A stretch of DNA of 64,000 nt from Pedosphaera sp. (GTDB lineage: Bacteria > Verrucomicrobiota > Verrucomicrobiia > Limisphaerales > JADLHS01), in NCBI GenBank assembly GCA_009695195.1, contig SIBJ01000010.1, positions 145 through 64,144 on the forward strand. The letters run 5' to 3'. Of the stretch, positions 19,891 through 30,100 are shown in pieces. The position numbers and the translations under genes are program-made. The notes under the pieces were generated by a model that saw only the letters and a program-made list of their open reading frames with translations, ran no database searches and had not been told where the DNA came from. Positions within the stretch are counted from its first letter, which is position 1; each line of letters starts with the position of its first letter.

Positions 19891-21573
19891 TCAGATCACC
19901 GAGCGAGCGGTGAGAAACGCCTTCAATGCCGCCGCCGCCGCCTTGCCGCCGAAACCGGACACTTCCGCAAGCTGCTCGACGGTCGCCGCGCGCAGCCGTT
20001 GCACGGAGCCGAATTTTTTCAGCAGAGCGGCCTTGCGCTGGTCGCCGATGCCGGGGAAGTCATCGAGAATGCTCTCGGAAATTTTCTTGATGCGAAGCTG
20101 GGCGTTGTAGGAGTTGGCGACGCGATGAGATTCGTCCCGCACGCGCTGGAGCAATTTCACGGCGGGATGATCGAGGCCGAGGCGCAGCGGCGTGCTCTCG
20201 CCGGGTCGGTAGATTTCCTCGAACTCTTTCGCCAATCCAATGACGGTGAGGTGACCCAAACCGAGCTTGGCGAGTTCCGCACACGCGGCGTTGAGTTGGC
20301 CTTTGCCGCCGTCTATGAGGATGAGGTCGGGCAAGTTACTTTTCCCACCCACCCACTCACCCACTTTCCCACTCACGGGCGTAAGTGGGTGAGTGGGTGA
20401 GTGGGTGAGTGGGTGAGTCCGACTTCGCCCCCGCCTCACTCGCACGCTGGTCTCATCCACCAGCTTCTGCAACTCCTGCGGGATCGCTTCGCCGCCTTCG
20501 TCGCGCGCTTGGACTCTGGACTCTGGACTCTGGACTCTGGACTCATTCAGCAGCCGCGTGTAGCGCCGCCGCACGACTTCCGCCATGCTCGCGAAGTCAT
20601 CCTGGCCGGCGACGGTCTTGATTTTGAACCGGCGATAATTCGCCCGGTCGGGCCGGCCGTGCTTGAAACTCACCAGCGACGCCACGGCGAACGTGCCGCT
20701 GATGTTCGAGATGTCGAAGCCCTCGATGCGTTGGGGTGGCGACGCGAGGTGGAGGATTTTTGACAATTCAACCAGGTCGTTTTCCGGGTTGATCGCGAGT
20801 GGCAAAGTGTAAGGGACTCGCTCGAACGACTTTTCCTTCTTCGTCGTGCGCCCGAGGTCCTTGATGAGATCGCGCAAGTCCGCGGCCTTCTCGTAATCCT
20901 GCGCGACGGCGGCTTTGCGCATCTCGACTTCGAGCTGGTCTTTCATCTCACTGCATTGACCGTCGAGGAAGCCGCACGCCGCGGTGACCTGTTGGACGTA
21001 TTGCTCGCGCGTGACGTTGCCGATGCAGGGCGCGGTGCAATATTTGAGATGCGCGTAGAGGCAATGCTTGTAATCGGCCTCGCCTGGCGTGAACACCCGG
21101 CAGCCACGCAAGTTGAACTGCTTGCGGACGAGCGCGAGCGTGTTGCGCGCGGCGGTGGAGTTCGTGAACGGCCCGTAGTAACGCGCGCCGTCGTCTTTGC
21201 GAATGCGGGCGAAGGCGAAGTTCGGAATCGGATCGTTCAGGTTGATCTTCACCAGCAGGAAGCGCTTGTCGTCGCGAAAGCTGATGTTGTAGCGCGGCTG
21301 GAATTCCTTGATGAGTTTGCTTTCGAGGAGCAACGATTCCGGTTCGTTGCGCACGACGTGGACATCGAAATCATGAATCGCTTCAACGAGCGCGTTGAAT
21401 TTCAAGTCCCAGCCCATCCGCCGCGAGGGGTGGAAATACTGGCTCACCCGCTTGCGCAAATCACGCGCCTTGCCCACGTAAACGACGGTGCCGAACCGGT
21501 CCTTCATCAGATAGATGCCGGGCTTGTGCGGCAGCGTGGAGATTTTCTTGCGGATGGCGTCGGTTGCAGGCAC
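19891..21573 (-). CDS. uvrC: excinuclease ABC subunit C with repeat-derived insertion
   Basis: GIY..YVGKARDLRKRV GIY-YIG, RIEGFDISN, PDLILIDGGKGQ, RDESHR, HhH. Confidence 0.96.
   Translation of the reverse strand: MPATDAIRKKISTLPHKPGIYLMKDRFGTVVYVGKARDLRKRVSQYFHPSRRMGWDLKFNALVEAIHDFDVHVVRNEPESLLLESKLIKEFQPRYNISFRDDKRFLLVKINLNDPIPNFAFARIRKDDGARYYGPFTNSTAARNTLALVRKQFNLRGCRVFTPGEADYKHCLYAHLKYCTAPCIGNVTREQYVQQVTAACGFLDGQCSEMKDQLEVEMRKAAVAQDYEKAADLRDLIKDLGRTTKKEKSFERVPYTLPLAINPENDLVELSKILHLASPPQRIEGFDISNISGTFAVASLVSFKHGRPDRANYRRFKIKTVAGQDDFASMAEVVRRRYTRLLNESRVQSPESRVQARDEGGEAIPQELQKLVDETSVRVRRGRSRTHPLTHSPTHPLTPVSGKVGEWVGGKSNLPDLILIDGGKGQLNAACAELAKLGLGHLTVIGLAKEFEEIYRPGESTPLRLGLDHPAVKLLQRVRDESHRVANSYNAQLRIKKISESILDDFPGIGDQRKAALLKKFGSVQRLRAATVEQLAEVSGFGGKAAAAALKAFLTARSVI
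20344..20544. repeat. (GTGGGTGA)x4 with inverted arm plus (TGGACTC)x5 inside uvrC
   Basis: octamers 20385-20416 pair with 20344-20376; heptamers 20510-20544. Confidence 0.85.
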
Positions 21574-21654
21574 GCCGGAATTTCAGCGCAAAGGCGCGCG
21601 GGCGCAAAGAGATTTTCCCGGTCAGTTTCCAGCCCGGCAAAGCCCGGCTGCCAT

Positions 21655-22368
21655 TCAGCACTTCACGGTCTTGCGCTTTTTCCCAATGGCCCCGCGTTTT
21701 TCCGCCTTCCGGATGTAGTCCGGGGCAAACGGCACCTGGCACGCGGTGTTGCCCATATCCACGGTCACCGGCCCGATCAATTCCGCGGTTCGCAGGGCAA
21801 GGCCGGTCAAAGGTTGCACGTAGCTGCCCACCGCAATGACGAACCCGTTCATCTTATAGCGCACCTCGTCCGGTGCCTGATGAATCGTCTGCTGCACCCG
21901 CTGCAAAAGCCGTTTCAATTCCGCGAGATCAAGTTCCGCGTCGGTTTTGATGGACACCAAGCAACTCAGCGTCGCCCAACCGGCTGCGGCTACGAAGTCC
22001 TTTCCCGACTCAATCCAATCCAGCGCCATCTCGCGCGCGTGCGGGCTGCCCGCCGTGACCTAGGGGACGGTGGACCCGGTCAGCACACCGCCATGAGCCT
22101 TGGCCTTCTCCACCCAATGGCGCAAGTCCTGTTTTGTCATCTGCGCATCGTCGGCGATCAATCCGGCCAGACACATCGCGTCATAGTTGCCGGTGTCGTA
22201 AAGCTCGAGCGCCAGGCGATAATCCTGCTTGATGCGCTTCTGGATTTTCTTCAGCTCCTCGATTTTCACCCCGAAGCACGGCTCCTCCACACCGTGGTTC
22301 AGGAGCACCTTCTTGTAACTGTCCCGGCCCAGCGGTTTGATTTCTTCGAGGATGGCTTTTGTTGTCAT
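21655..22368 (-). pseudogene. DNA alkylation repair (AlkD-like) protein interrupted by in-frame TAG
   Basis: two same-frame ORFs joined by ...TVP-TAG-VTAGSPHA...; FGVKIEELKK, LYDTGNYDAM, VDMGNTAC motifs. Confidence 0.75.
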
Positions 22369-22654
22369 AAGTGTTCTCGGTTTGGCCCGTTGAATTACAA
22401 TTCCCATCCCCGCGGCGGCAAGGGCGGAAATGCGGGCCGATTTGTTTGTCCGGGTCGCGCGCTGTGGCGGCGTGGCTCACGGTGCCGGAGCGGTCCCGGT
22501 GCGGATACACGCCCGACCCTTGCGGAACCCGAGTGGGTTTTCTGCGGCTGGGATCGGACATGGTCATCGCGTGGAAGTTACAGGTTGAAGGTCGGAGGTG
22601 GCAAGTCGAGCGCAACAATTTTGTCGTGTGAGCCGCGAGCGAAGCCAGACCCGT

Positions 22655-23308
22655 CTAAAACATTTTCCCAAGCCGGTGAATCACCTCGCCGGTGTTCTCG
22701 AACCACCAGCCGAGCATCGTCGTCAAATCTACTTTCGCCGTGAGCAACGGAAGACCGACGAGCAGCACCAGGACGTTGCCGAGAAAAATCACCACCGCCG
22801 AAAACAGATAGCCCTGGCTCGTGATGTCGGATTGCTGCGTCTTGAGCACGTGCGCTGTGAGCGTGACGTGAAACGCGTACGCCGCCCCGACCAGCAGATG
22901 AAACCAGACGAAGAAATTCTTCCAACCCCAGATCAGATGGCCCACGCCAAACACCGCCACGACCATCACCGCGTAGAGCGGGAAAAAATATGGCGAGAGC
23001 GCGATAAGGAAGTTGGTCTTGTCCACGATCACGTGACCGCCCTCGGAAGTGGCTTTGAATTTTTTGACCGAGCCGCCAAACAACCAGACCCAGATCGCGT
23101 GCGTAAGTTCGTGGCCGAGAACATAAATCCACATGGGCCTAGGTAGCAGGAGATAGATGACGACCCAGCACCCAGCGCCCGCCGCGATGGGCACGAGCGT
23201 GATGTCCGCCCCGCCGCACCCGCGCATCACCATCCACAACGTCCGCCCTGCGCCGATGCAGACCGGCAGCAGCAGAATCGCCACGATCATCTTGGCCCAC
23301 TTCGGCAC
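22655..23308 (-). CDS. membrane protein with HExxH motif (M50-like metallopeptidase); start uncertain
   Basis: GHELTHA, SEGGHV, ALSPYFFP, QSDI; TM segments. Confidence 0.75.
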   Translation of the reverse strand: MPKWAKMIVAILLLPVCIGAGRTLWMVMRGCGGADITLVPIAAGAGCWVVIYLLLPRPMWIYVLGHELTHAIWVWLFGGSVKKFKATSEGGHVIVDKTNFLIALSPYFFPLYAVMVVAVFGVGHLIWGWKNFFVWFHLLVGAAYAFHVTLTAHVLKTQQSDITSQGYLFSAVVIFLGNVLVLLVGLPLLTAKVDLTTMLGWWFENTGEVIHRLGKMF

Positions 23309-23365
23309 GGGCGGATTGTTTTGGAAAACGAAACGCGCCGCGAGCGATTTTGTGCGGAGCATTGT

Positions 23366-23438
23366 CTGGGAGCGGCGGCATCCTTGCCGGCGCGTTGCAA
23401 ATCGAGGAACTTGCCGGCAGGGATGCCGGCGCTCCCAG
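23366..23438. repeat. REP-like palindrome
   Basis: CTGGGAGCGGCGGCATCCTTGCCGGC ... GCCGGCAGGGATGCCGGCGCTCCCAG. Confidence 0.75.
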
Positions 23439-23440
23439 GC

Positions 23441-26400
23441 TCACGGCCAACGCAGGCGATAAAACTCTTGCGGCGCTCCCGGCAGCGTGCGGCGATACTC
23501 GAAGACGCCGTTCGTGTTGAGATACGGCCCGTCCAGCGGCAACCAGAGCGCCGGCGGCGAGAGATTCGTCGTGGCTTCGAGCGTGTAACCGACGTAATTG
23601 AGCGGCCAGTTCAGCACGGCGGCGTTGGGTTCGAGATGGAAGGACACTTCCGGTTCGGGCGGCGTGAGCACGAGCACGCCGGGATATTGCAGCCGGAAGA
23701 ATTTGCGCGACGCCAGCGCCGTGCGCGCTTCGCGGTATTCATAATTCGGGCCCACACGGAAATACGGCCCGCTGACCGGCGTCCACGTAAAGCCCGCCGG
23801 CAGGTTCACGGCGGATTCCAGCGTGAAACCGTCGTAGTTCGTGCTCCAGTAAACCACGATCGCCGTCGGTTCGAGCCGGATGTGCAACCCGAGATTCGTG
23901 TAGCTCACGCTGGGCAACGTGCCGATGACCGAGCCGGCAAAATCAATCGGGTCGCCCGCCGAAGTCGGCAGCCGCAGCGGTGATCCGTCGCAATCCGTCC
24001 CATCCGGCGTCAACGGCAGCACCCAAAGTCCATTCGTGCCGAAGATCGTTCCGGCGGTGACGAGCGCCGCGCCATCGTGCTTCCACACCGCGCCATTGGG
24101 AAAACCGTTCGGGTTGCCGTTCAGCGCGGTGATTTGATAAACATTGGTCTGCGCGCCGAGTTTCACCACCCACAGATTGCGCCCGGCATCCAGCGCGGTG
24201 CTGACGTCCGGATCGTCCGCCACGGCGATGCGCCCGCCGTCCGGCGACCACGCGGGCCAACGCGGACTTAGAATAATGCTCAACCCAAGATTTTGCCGCG
24301 ACGTCACGTTGGACGGTGTGAGGTAAAGCCCGGTGCTGCCGGGAAAAATAACTTGCAGCGCCACGCGCCCGTCCACCGGGTTCACACTCGGCGCGCCCTG
24401 CCTCGGGTCGCTGGCCAGCGGAAACACGGTCACCGGTTCGTTCAAACCAATCCGAAAGAGCGCGCCACCAGTGGCGAAAATCAGGTTCGTGTTGCCGATC
24501 TGCCAGTCGTAACCGACGAAGCGACTGCCGCTGGTGTGCCAGCGGCTCTCCTGGCCGGTGGGCACTTCACGCAGCCACAGGCTGAATTGATTCGTCAGCG
24601 GATCGTTCTCGCGCCAGAACGCCAGCCAGCGTCCGTCGCGCGACACACGCGGCTCGCGGCCGGTGGTGAGGAAGGTTTCGCCGCTGCCGTCCAGATTGAT
24701 TGACCAGATCGTCGGAATGGTATTGCTGGCGCGCCGGCCATAAAACGCCGTGCCGTGGATGGAGGGGAGCGGAACGTTCGGATTCACGACCGGCGGCGGG
24801 TTGGTGTCGCTGCCCGGCAACTTCACCAGCGCCTCGCTCACGCTCCAGGCGCGGCCCATCGTGTAGCTGGCGAATTGCAATCGCCCCCGCGTGCCGCCGG
24901 GGATGTTGCCGTAGTATTGAATCGTCGCGTCGTTCGTCAGCGCGAACGGCGCGGAATACAATTTCCAACTGTCCGCCGTCCCGGTGCGATAGAGAACCTG
25001 GTGCGCGGCGTTCTGCTTGATGAACGAAATTGAGATCGGCCCGCCGTAAGCGCCCGGCGGCGGCGCAATGGTGATGACGACCGGCTCGGCGGGACGCGGC
25101 GGCGCGTAAGTGAAAAAAGAAATGTCGTCGCGATATTGATCGGGCAGCGCGTAAGCCGTTCCGGCCGGCGGCACGCCGAGATTATTCGTGGCCGGACTGC
25201 CCAAGCCCGACGCCGCGCCGGCATCATTTTCCGCGCGGACCGAGAGTGAACCGGGCACGCCGAACGTACCGCTGCTCCAGTCCGGCACGCTGAACGAGGC
25301 GATGAGCGTGGCCGTGGTGTTGGTGAACGGCTCGGATTGAAACAGCCAGACGGTCGCGCGCGTGTTGCGCGTCGTGGTCGCGGGCAGACTGTTGGAACTG
25401 ATCTGGGTGTAGTTCGTGCCGTCAAACGTCATCACTTGCGCGCCCACGGATGAAACCGTGCCGGTCGGCGCGTTCAGCAGAACAAATTTTCCGTCGTTGA
25501 GCGCGGCGACGCCGGTGAAATGATTTCCCCCGCCCACCGAATATTTTACGGCGAGACTCGGCGTGCCGCCGGGCAGTCGAGCGCCTTGAATGCCGTCGCC
25601 GAACTGGATCATCGCGCTGCTGTCGTTGCTCGCGCCGACGACGTAAACGTGTTCCACCGTCTGCGTGAAGTAGAGCGTCAGCGGCGTGCTGAAACCAAAA
25701 CCCGCGCCGCTAGTCACGAGTTGCCGAATGGTCAGGTTCGTTCCGCCGGGAACGTAAAACCAGAAACGCGGCAAGGCTTCGTCGTTGAACCGGCCAAACG
25801 CGTAATCGCTGCCGGGCGGCAGATTGCTCAACAAACCGATGACGCTCGCGGAATTGGTGAACTGCCAGAGATGCAGGGCGTCGTTGGTCGCGCCGCGCAC
25901 GAGGCCTACGGCAAACGTGAGGTTGCCGGCGAGAGGCAGGGGATTGACGCGGTCCAGCGGCGCGGTTTCGGCGTATTCGGGCGCGGCCACGACCGTGCCG
26001 GCGTTCAAGCCCAGCAAATTCAGCCGCGCCGCCGGAGTTGAATTTTGCGAACTCGCGCAAAGCAAACGGTCAAAGGGCGCGTTGGTTCCGAAGGGCGCCG
26101 TCAAACCCGCGAGCCCCTGCTGCCCGAGGCCGCCGGCGGGGATTGGCGTCGCATTGAGCTGGATGTTGTCCAAGCGGTTGTTGCCGCCGGCTGAGGTGGC
26201 GCCGGACAGGGTGTAGCGCAGCCAGACGGTTTCCGCATTGTTCAAAGCGGTGGCGGCGGTGAAGTCCACGGACGCGATGGCAAACGTCGCGTTCGTGCTC
26301 GCGGTGTTCACGCCGGGCAGCGTGTTGTAATTGATGCCGTCGGTGCTCCAGGCCCAGACGCCGGACGTGAAACCCGTCGAAGTACCACGCGTGGCGAAGG

Positions 26401-27178
26401 TGACCACGAGGTCGCGAGAGCCGGCCAGGCTGAAACTGAAAATGGCCGCCTTGCCATTGGCGGAACTGTTGGCCAGCGCCAGCGCGGTGCCGGGGTTTCC
26501 GTCCACGGACCCGGGCGGGACGTTCAACGTCGTGCCCGTGAAGGAAGTTCGTTCCGGGCTGGAGCCCTGGGGAGAACCCAGCCCGAAGGCGGAAACGTCG
26601 AGCGTGCCGTTGCCGAACGAGGCGGGGATCGTGGCGGGCGTGGCCGTCGAAATCGTGGTGGCGGGCAGGCTCAAAAAATCCCACGCGGCAATCAGACCGT
26701 TGCTGGACGTCGCGCTCCCCGGCAAAATGATCACCGGCACGGCGTTGCTCACGTCCAGCAGCGCGATGCGATTGAACTCCGGCGCCGTGACAGCGAACGA
26801 GTCGCGGTTCGCTTGCAGGAAGCGTCCGATGCCGCAACCGGTGGCGTTCTCGACGCCCGACACGAGCGGCGCGGACCAGGTAAGGACGCCGGCGGGGCTT
26901 TGATAACCGACGCGCGCGTTGCCGATGGCTTTATCGAGCACGAGCACGTCGGGAATGCCGTCGCCGTTGAAATCGCCGGAAGTGAGGAACTCGGCGGGCG
27001 TTTCGTAAACCACGGAGGCGTGGGATGAAATCGGACAAAGGAGCATGCAGGCCGCAAACGCAGAGGAGAAAAGGAGCAGAGGTGAAAAGGAGATGAAGGC
27101 AGTTTTCCTCTGCTCCCTTTCTCCTCTACTCCCTTTCGGTTCGAGAGATTCCGGATTTTGGATTTCAAATTTACTCAT
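23441..27178 (-). CDS. large secreted protein (~1245 aa): FG-GAP-like start, Fn3-associated-like domain, TolB/PD40-like propeller, two C-terminal FYR domains
   Basis: GDFNGDGIPD; PPPGAYGGP..YSAPF; PRVSRDG/PAWSPDG repeats; start overlaps upstream stop (TGATG). Confidence 0.8.
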   Translation of the reverse strand: MSKFEIQNPESLEPKGSRGEREQRKTAFISFSPLLLFSSAFAACMLLCPISSHASVVYETPAEFLTSGDFNGDGIPDVLVLDKAIGNARVGYQSPAGVLTWSAPLVSGVENATGCGIGRFLQANRDSFAVTAPEFNRIALLDVSNAVPVIILPGSATSSNGLIAAWDFLSLPATTISTATPATIPASFGNGTLDVSAFGLGSPQGSSPERTSFTGTTLNVPPGSVDGNPGTALALANSSANGKAAIFSFSLAGSRDLVVTFATRGTSTGFTSGVWAWSTDGINYNTLPGVNTASTNATFAIASVDFTAATALNNAETVWLRYTLSGATSAGGNNRLDNIQLNATPIPAGGLGQQGLAGLTAPFGTNAPFDRLLCASSQNSTPAARLNLLGLNAGTVVAAPEYAETAPLDRVNPLPLAGNLTFAVGLVRGATNDALHLWQFTNSASVIGLLSNLPPGSDYAFGRFNDEALPRFWFYVPGGTNLTIRQLVTSGAGFGFSTPLTLYFTQTVEHVYVVGASNDSSAMIQFGDGIQGARLPGGTPSLAVKYSVGGGNHFTGVAALNDGKFVLLNAPTGTVSSVGAQVMTFDGTNYTQISSNSLPATTTRNTRATVWLFQSEPFTNTTATLIASFSVPDWSSGTFGVPGSLSVRAENDAGAASGLGSPATNNLGVPPAGTAYALPDQYRDDISFFTYAPPRPAEPVVITIAPPPGAYGGPISISFIKQNAAHQVLYRTGTADSWKLYSAPFALTNDATIQYYGNIPGGTRGRLQFASYTMGRAWSVSEALVKLPGSDTNPPPVVNPNVPLPSIHGTAFYGRRASNTIPTIWSINLDGSGETFLTTGREPRVSRDGRWLAFWRENDPLTNQFSLWLREVPTGQESRWHTSGSRFVGYDWQIGNTNLIFATGGALFRIGLNEPVTVFPLASDPRQGAPSVNPVDGRVALQVIFPGSTGLYLTPSNVTSRQNLGLSIILSPRWPAWSPDGGRIAVADDPDVSTALDAGRNLWVVKLGAQTNVYQITALNGNPNGFPNGAVWKHDGAALVTAGTIFGTNGLWVLPLTPDGTDCDGSPLRLPTSAGDPIDFAGSVIGTLPSVSYTNLGLHIRLEPTAIVVYWSTNYDGFTLESAVNLPAGFTWTPVSGPYFRVGPNYEYREARTALASRKFFRLQYPGVLVLTPPEPEVSFHLEPNAAVLNWPLNYVGYTLEATTNLSPPALWLPLDGPYLNTNGVFEYRRTLPGAPQEFYRLRWP

Positions 27179-30100
27179 CACGGATTTTGCGGAATTGTCA
27201 CCAGGCCGGCGGGCACGACTTCCTGGACTTCGCGTTTGGCGTCGAACCGGACGACGAAATATTCGTAGGCCGCCCCGGCGACCACGGGTTGTAGATCGCG
27301 CAGATAAAGGAAGTTGTAATAGTGCAGGGCGTCCTTGGTTTCGTAGTAATTGGCGAACAGTCGGTCGGGAATTGTGATGACTTGTCCATTGGGAGTAATC
27401 CGCCACGGGATGCGCTCGATGAGGGGTGAGACTTGAGTGAGGTCGCCAGACACTTTCGGAAACCAGTCGTTGGTGATCTGCTGGCGGTAAATGGCGATGG
27501 GTAACAACGGCTGGCCGGCCCGGGAACTGTCCGGCGAGCGGCTGCGGAAAATCGTGGGATTCGGATCCGGATTTTGGCTGCTGCTGCCGTACCTCGAATA
27601 GTGGACGTAATTGGTGTTGCCCACGTTTGACGCCAGCACGGTGCCCGCTTCTTGTTCGCTGACCAGTTCCCCAATCCGAATCAGCACGGGATAACGACGA
27701 TCGAGTAGCCCGCCATCGTTGAACAAAACCACCGCAGCAACTCGCGGATTAAATTCGTAGCTCGGCGACGGCGTGGTGAACGTATCGAAGTCGCGCACGG
27801 GCGGCAGCGGTCGCGCCGGCCAAGGAACGGTTGGCAAAACCACGGGCGGCTTCCACGAGAATTCCCACGCGTCCGAAGCGTCGCCCACGTTGCCTTGGTC
27901 ATCCACCGCCGCAACGCAGACGGAGTAGGTCGCATTGGGAATGACCGTGGCGTTGATCGTAAACTGCGGCCCCGGCCCGAATCCCGCGCCGATCCGCGAG
28001 GTCCAGTGCGCCTCCAGAAACGACGCGGGCAGATACTTCGACGATTTTTTCTTGAGGCCAAGGTAGCTGGCGTTGGTGTTGTAAACGGGGTAATGCGTCA
28101 CCTTGGGGCTGGCAAATCCGCTCGACTCGGACGGCTTCGGCGAATCCGTCCGGCTGATCTTGAATTGAAACCGCGACACGCCGGCGGTGGGACAAAACCA
28201 GTTGAGCGTGACTTGCGCATTGTTGTTCGAGCCGATGGCGATTGGCTCGGACAAAACGGGTCGCGGCAGCTTGTCCGGTTTGACTTCCTTGCAACCGATG
28301 AACGAAAGCGGACTGCCGCTGCCATGTTCATCCAGCAGTTGAACGAAGTAACACAAGCGCGTCGGGCTGGATGGCATCGTGTCGTCGCGGACTTCCAAAA
28401 TTCTCGTTGGCTTCGCCGGGTCGTACGCGCCGGCGCCTTGTGCCACGAGCGTCAGCGGCCCTTGATCCGCGCGGCGATAAACCCGGTATTCGCGTGTGCG
28501 CGGAGTGAGCGTGAACCGGACGCGCAGTGGAGCGACCTCGCCGGAGTCCGCGGCGCGCGCGACATGTTGATCGCAATCGGCAGCCATCGCCTGATTCACT
28601 CGACAGCCGCGGAACTGTGGCAGCGGCCCGATCAGGCAGGCGGGAAAGGAAACCCAGGAGATACTATTCGCATCCGGCGTGACGACGGCTACGTCGTACC
28701 AAGTGTTATTGGTCAGCGCCTGAATCAAAATCGGTGAACCGAGCGTGATGTCCAAGTGGATCGCGACCATGCCGTTCACGTCGGGCACGGCGCTGTAAGG
28801 ACTCAGGCAGAAAGTCGAACCCTGATTGAGCTCGGTCAGCAATGGATCGCTTGAGTTCAACGCCGTTGAAAGCAATTGTCCCGCATAGAAAACGATTTCC
28901 TTTTGTTTGCCCGGCGGAATCGGCACCACGAAAGTGCTGCTCGCCGGCTGCGAAGTTTGACCGTACTGCGTGCCGACGGTGCAGGTCACCCACACTTCCG
29001 GAGGATACGTGTTCACTGATGGCATTTCGAAATCAACCGGGGCCAGGTCGTCGTCCGGTGGGAAATACACCGGGCCGACCGTCTGCGTGCCGGTCCAATA
29101 ATTGGTGACCGTGAACGTGACCCACGCGATGCCGCGGTCGCGCCGTTGGCAGGTCAGGCGCAAACTCCAGGCCTGCGTGTTCACCGTGATCGTGTTGGTC
29201 ACAAAACTTTGAAACATCACGACGGGCGTGCCGCAACTTCCAATCACGGAACCGGTCGCCACGTCCGGCGCATCGCGCTGACGCAAAACACCCCAAGCCG
29301 GACCCGCGTGCGGCGAGAGCAGCGGATCGCAAGCCGCCACGCTCACGGCGCGGACGGTGAACCAGGCATTGGTGATGTTGGCGTTGGTCAGCGCGCCGAT
29401 GCCGGTATCAATGAACGAATTGAAATTCGTGCCGGGAACGTTGGTCACCACTCCGACGCGGAAGTTCAGCGGCGTCGCGTCGTTGGTCAGCGCCATCGTC
29501 GGATTCGGCCAGCGATAAATCCAGTAGTGCGTCACGAGATCGGCGGCGTTCGTGTTTTGAACCCAGTTGACTTGCAGGCGCGGCTGGTTGGTCGAGCCGG
29601 GCAGGACGGTGTTCACGACTTTCACATCGGTCGGTTGCTTGGGCGTCAACCGGCGGCACGCACGCGCCAGTCCGCCGGGCGACACCAGCCCGTCGCGCCC
29701 GAGCAGATCGCGCGCGGTTGCGAAGTAATAAAACTGTTCCCCGTCAGTGAAGGGCGGCGAGCTGGACCCGCGTCCGCTGTCGGCGAAGAAAAACGTGATG
29801 CGATCCGCGGGATCATCCGCCGCGCCCGCGCCGCTGCCGGCGTTATAGTCCATCGGGGCGAAAACCGCGGCGCGGTTGGCCTGGACAAAATTCGCGTTCC
29901 CATGAAGCTGCGCCGGCGTGGGCGGCGTGACGTGGAAATTTCCCGCCTCAGCCACCGCCTTCGGGATGCGCCACAAGTTGAATCCCACATTCAAGACCGA
30001 AAGCCTCCGCAACTCCGCCGGCGTGCCCCACCGTAGGCGGATGAGCAGGTGTTCGCTCATTTGATTGCTAACGACTTGAAACGGCCTGCCCGGCGCAGGC

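Noticed and set aside
22060-22062. Genome-wide TAG recoding or pyrrolysine
   Set aside because: TAG is the normal stop of several conserved genes here; a single nonsense change or error is simpler.
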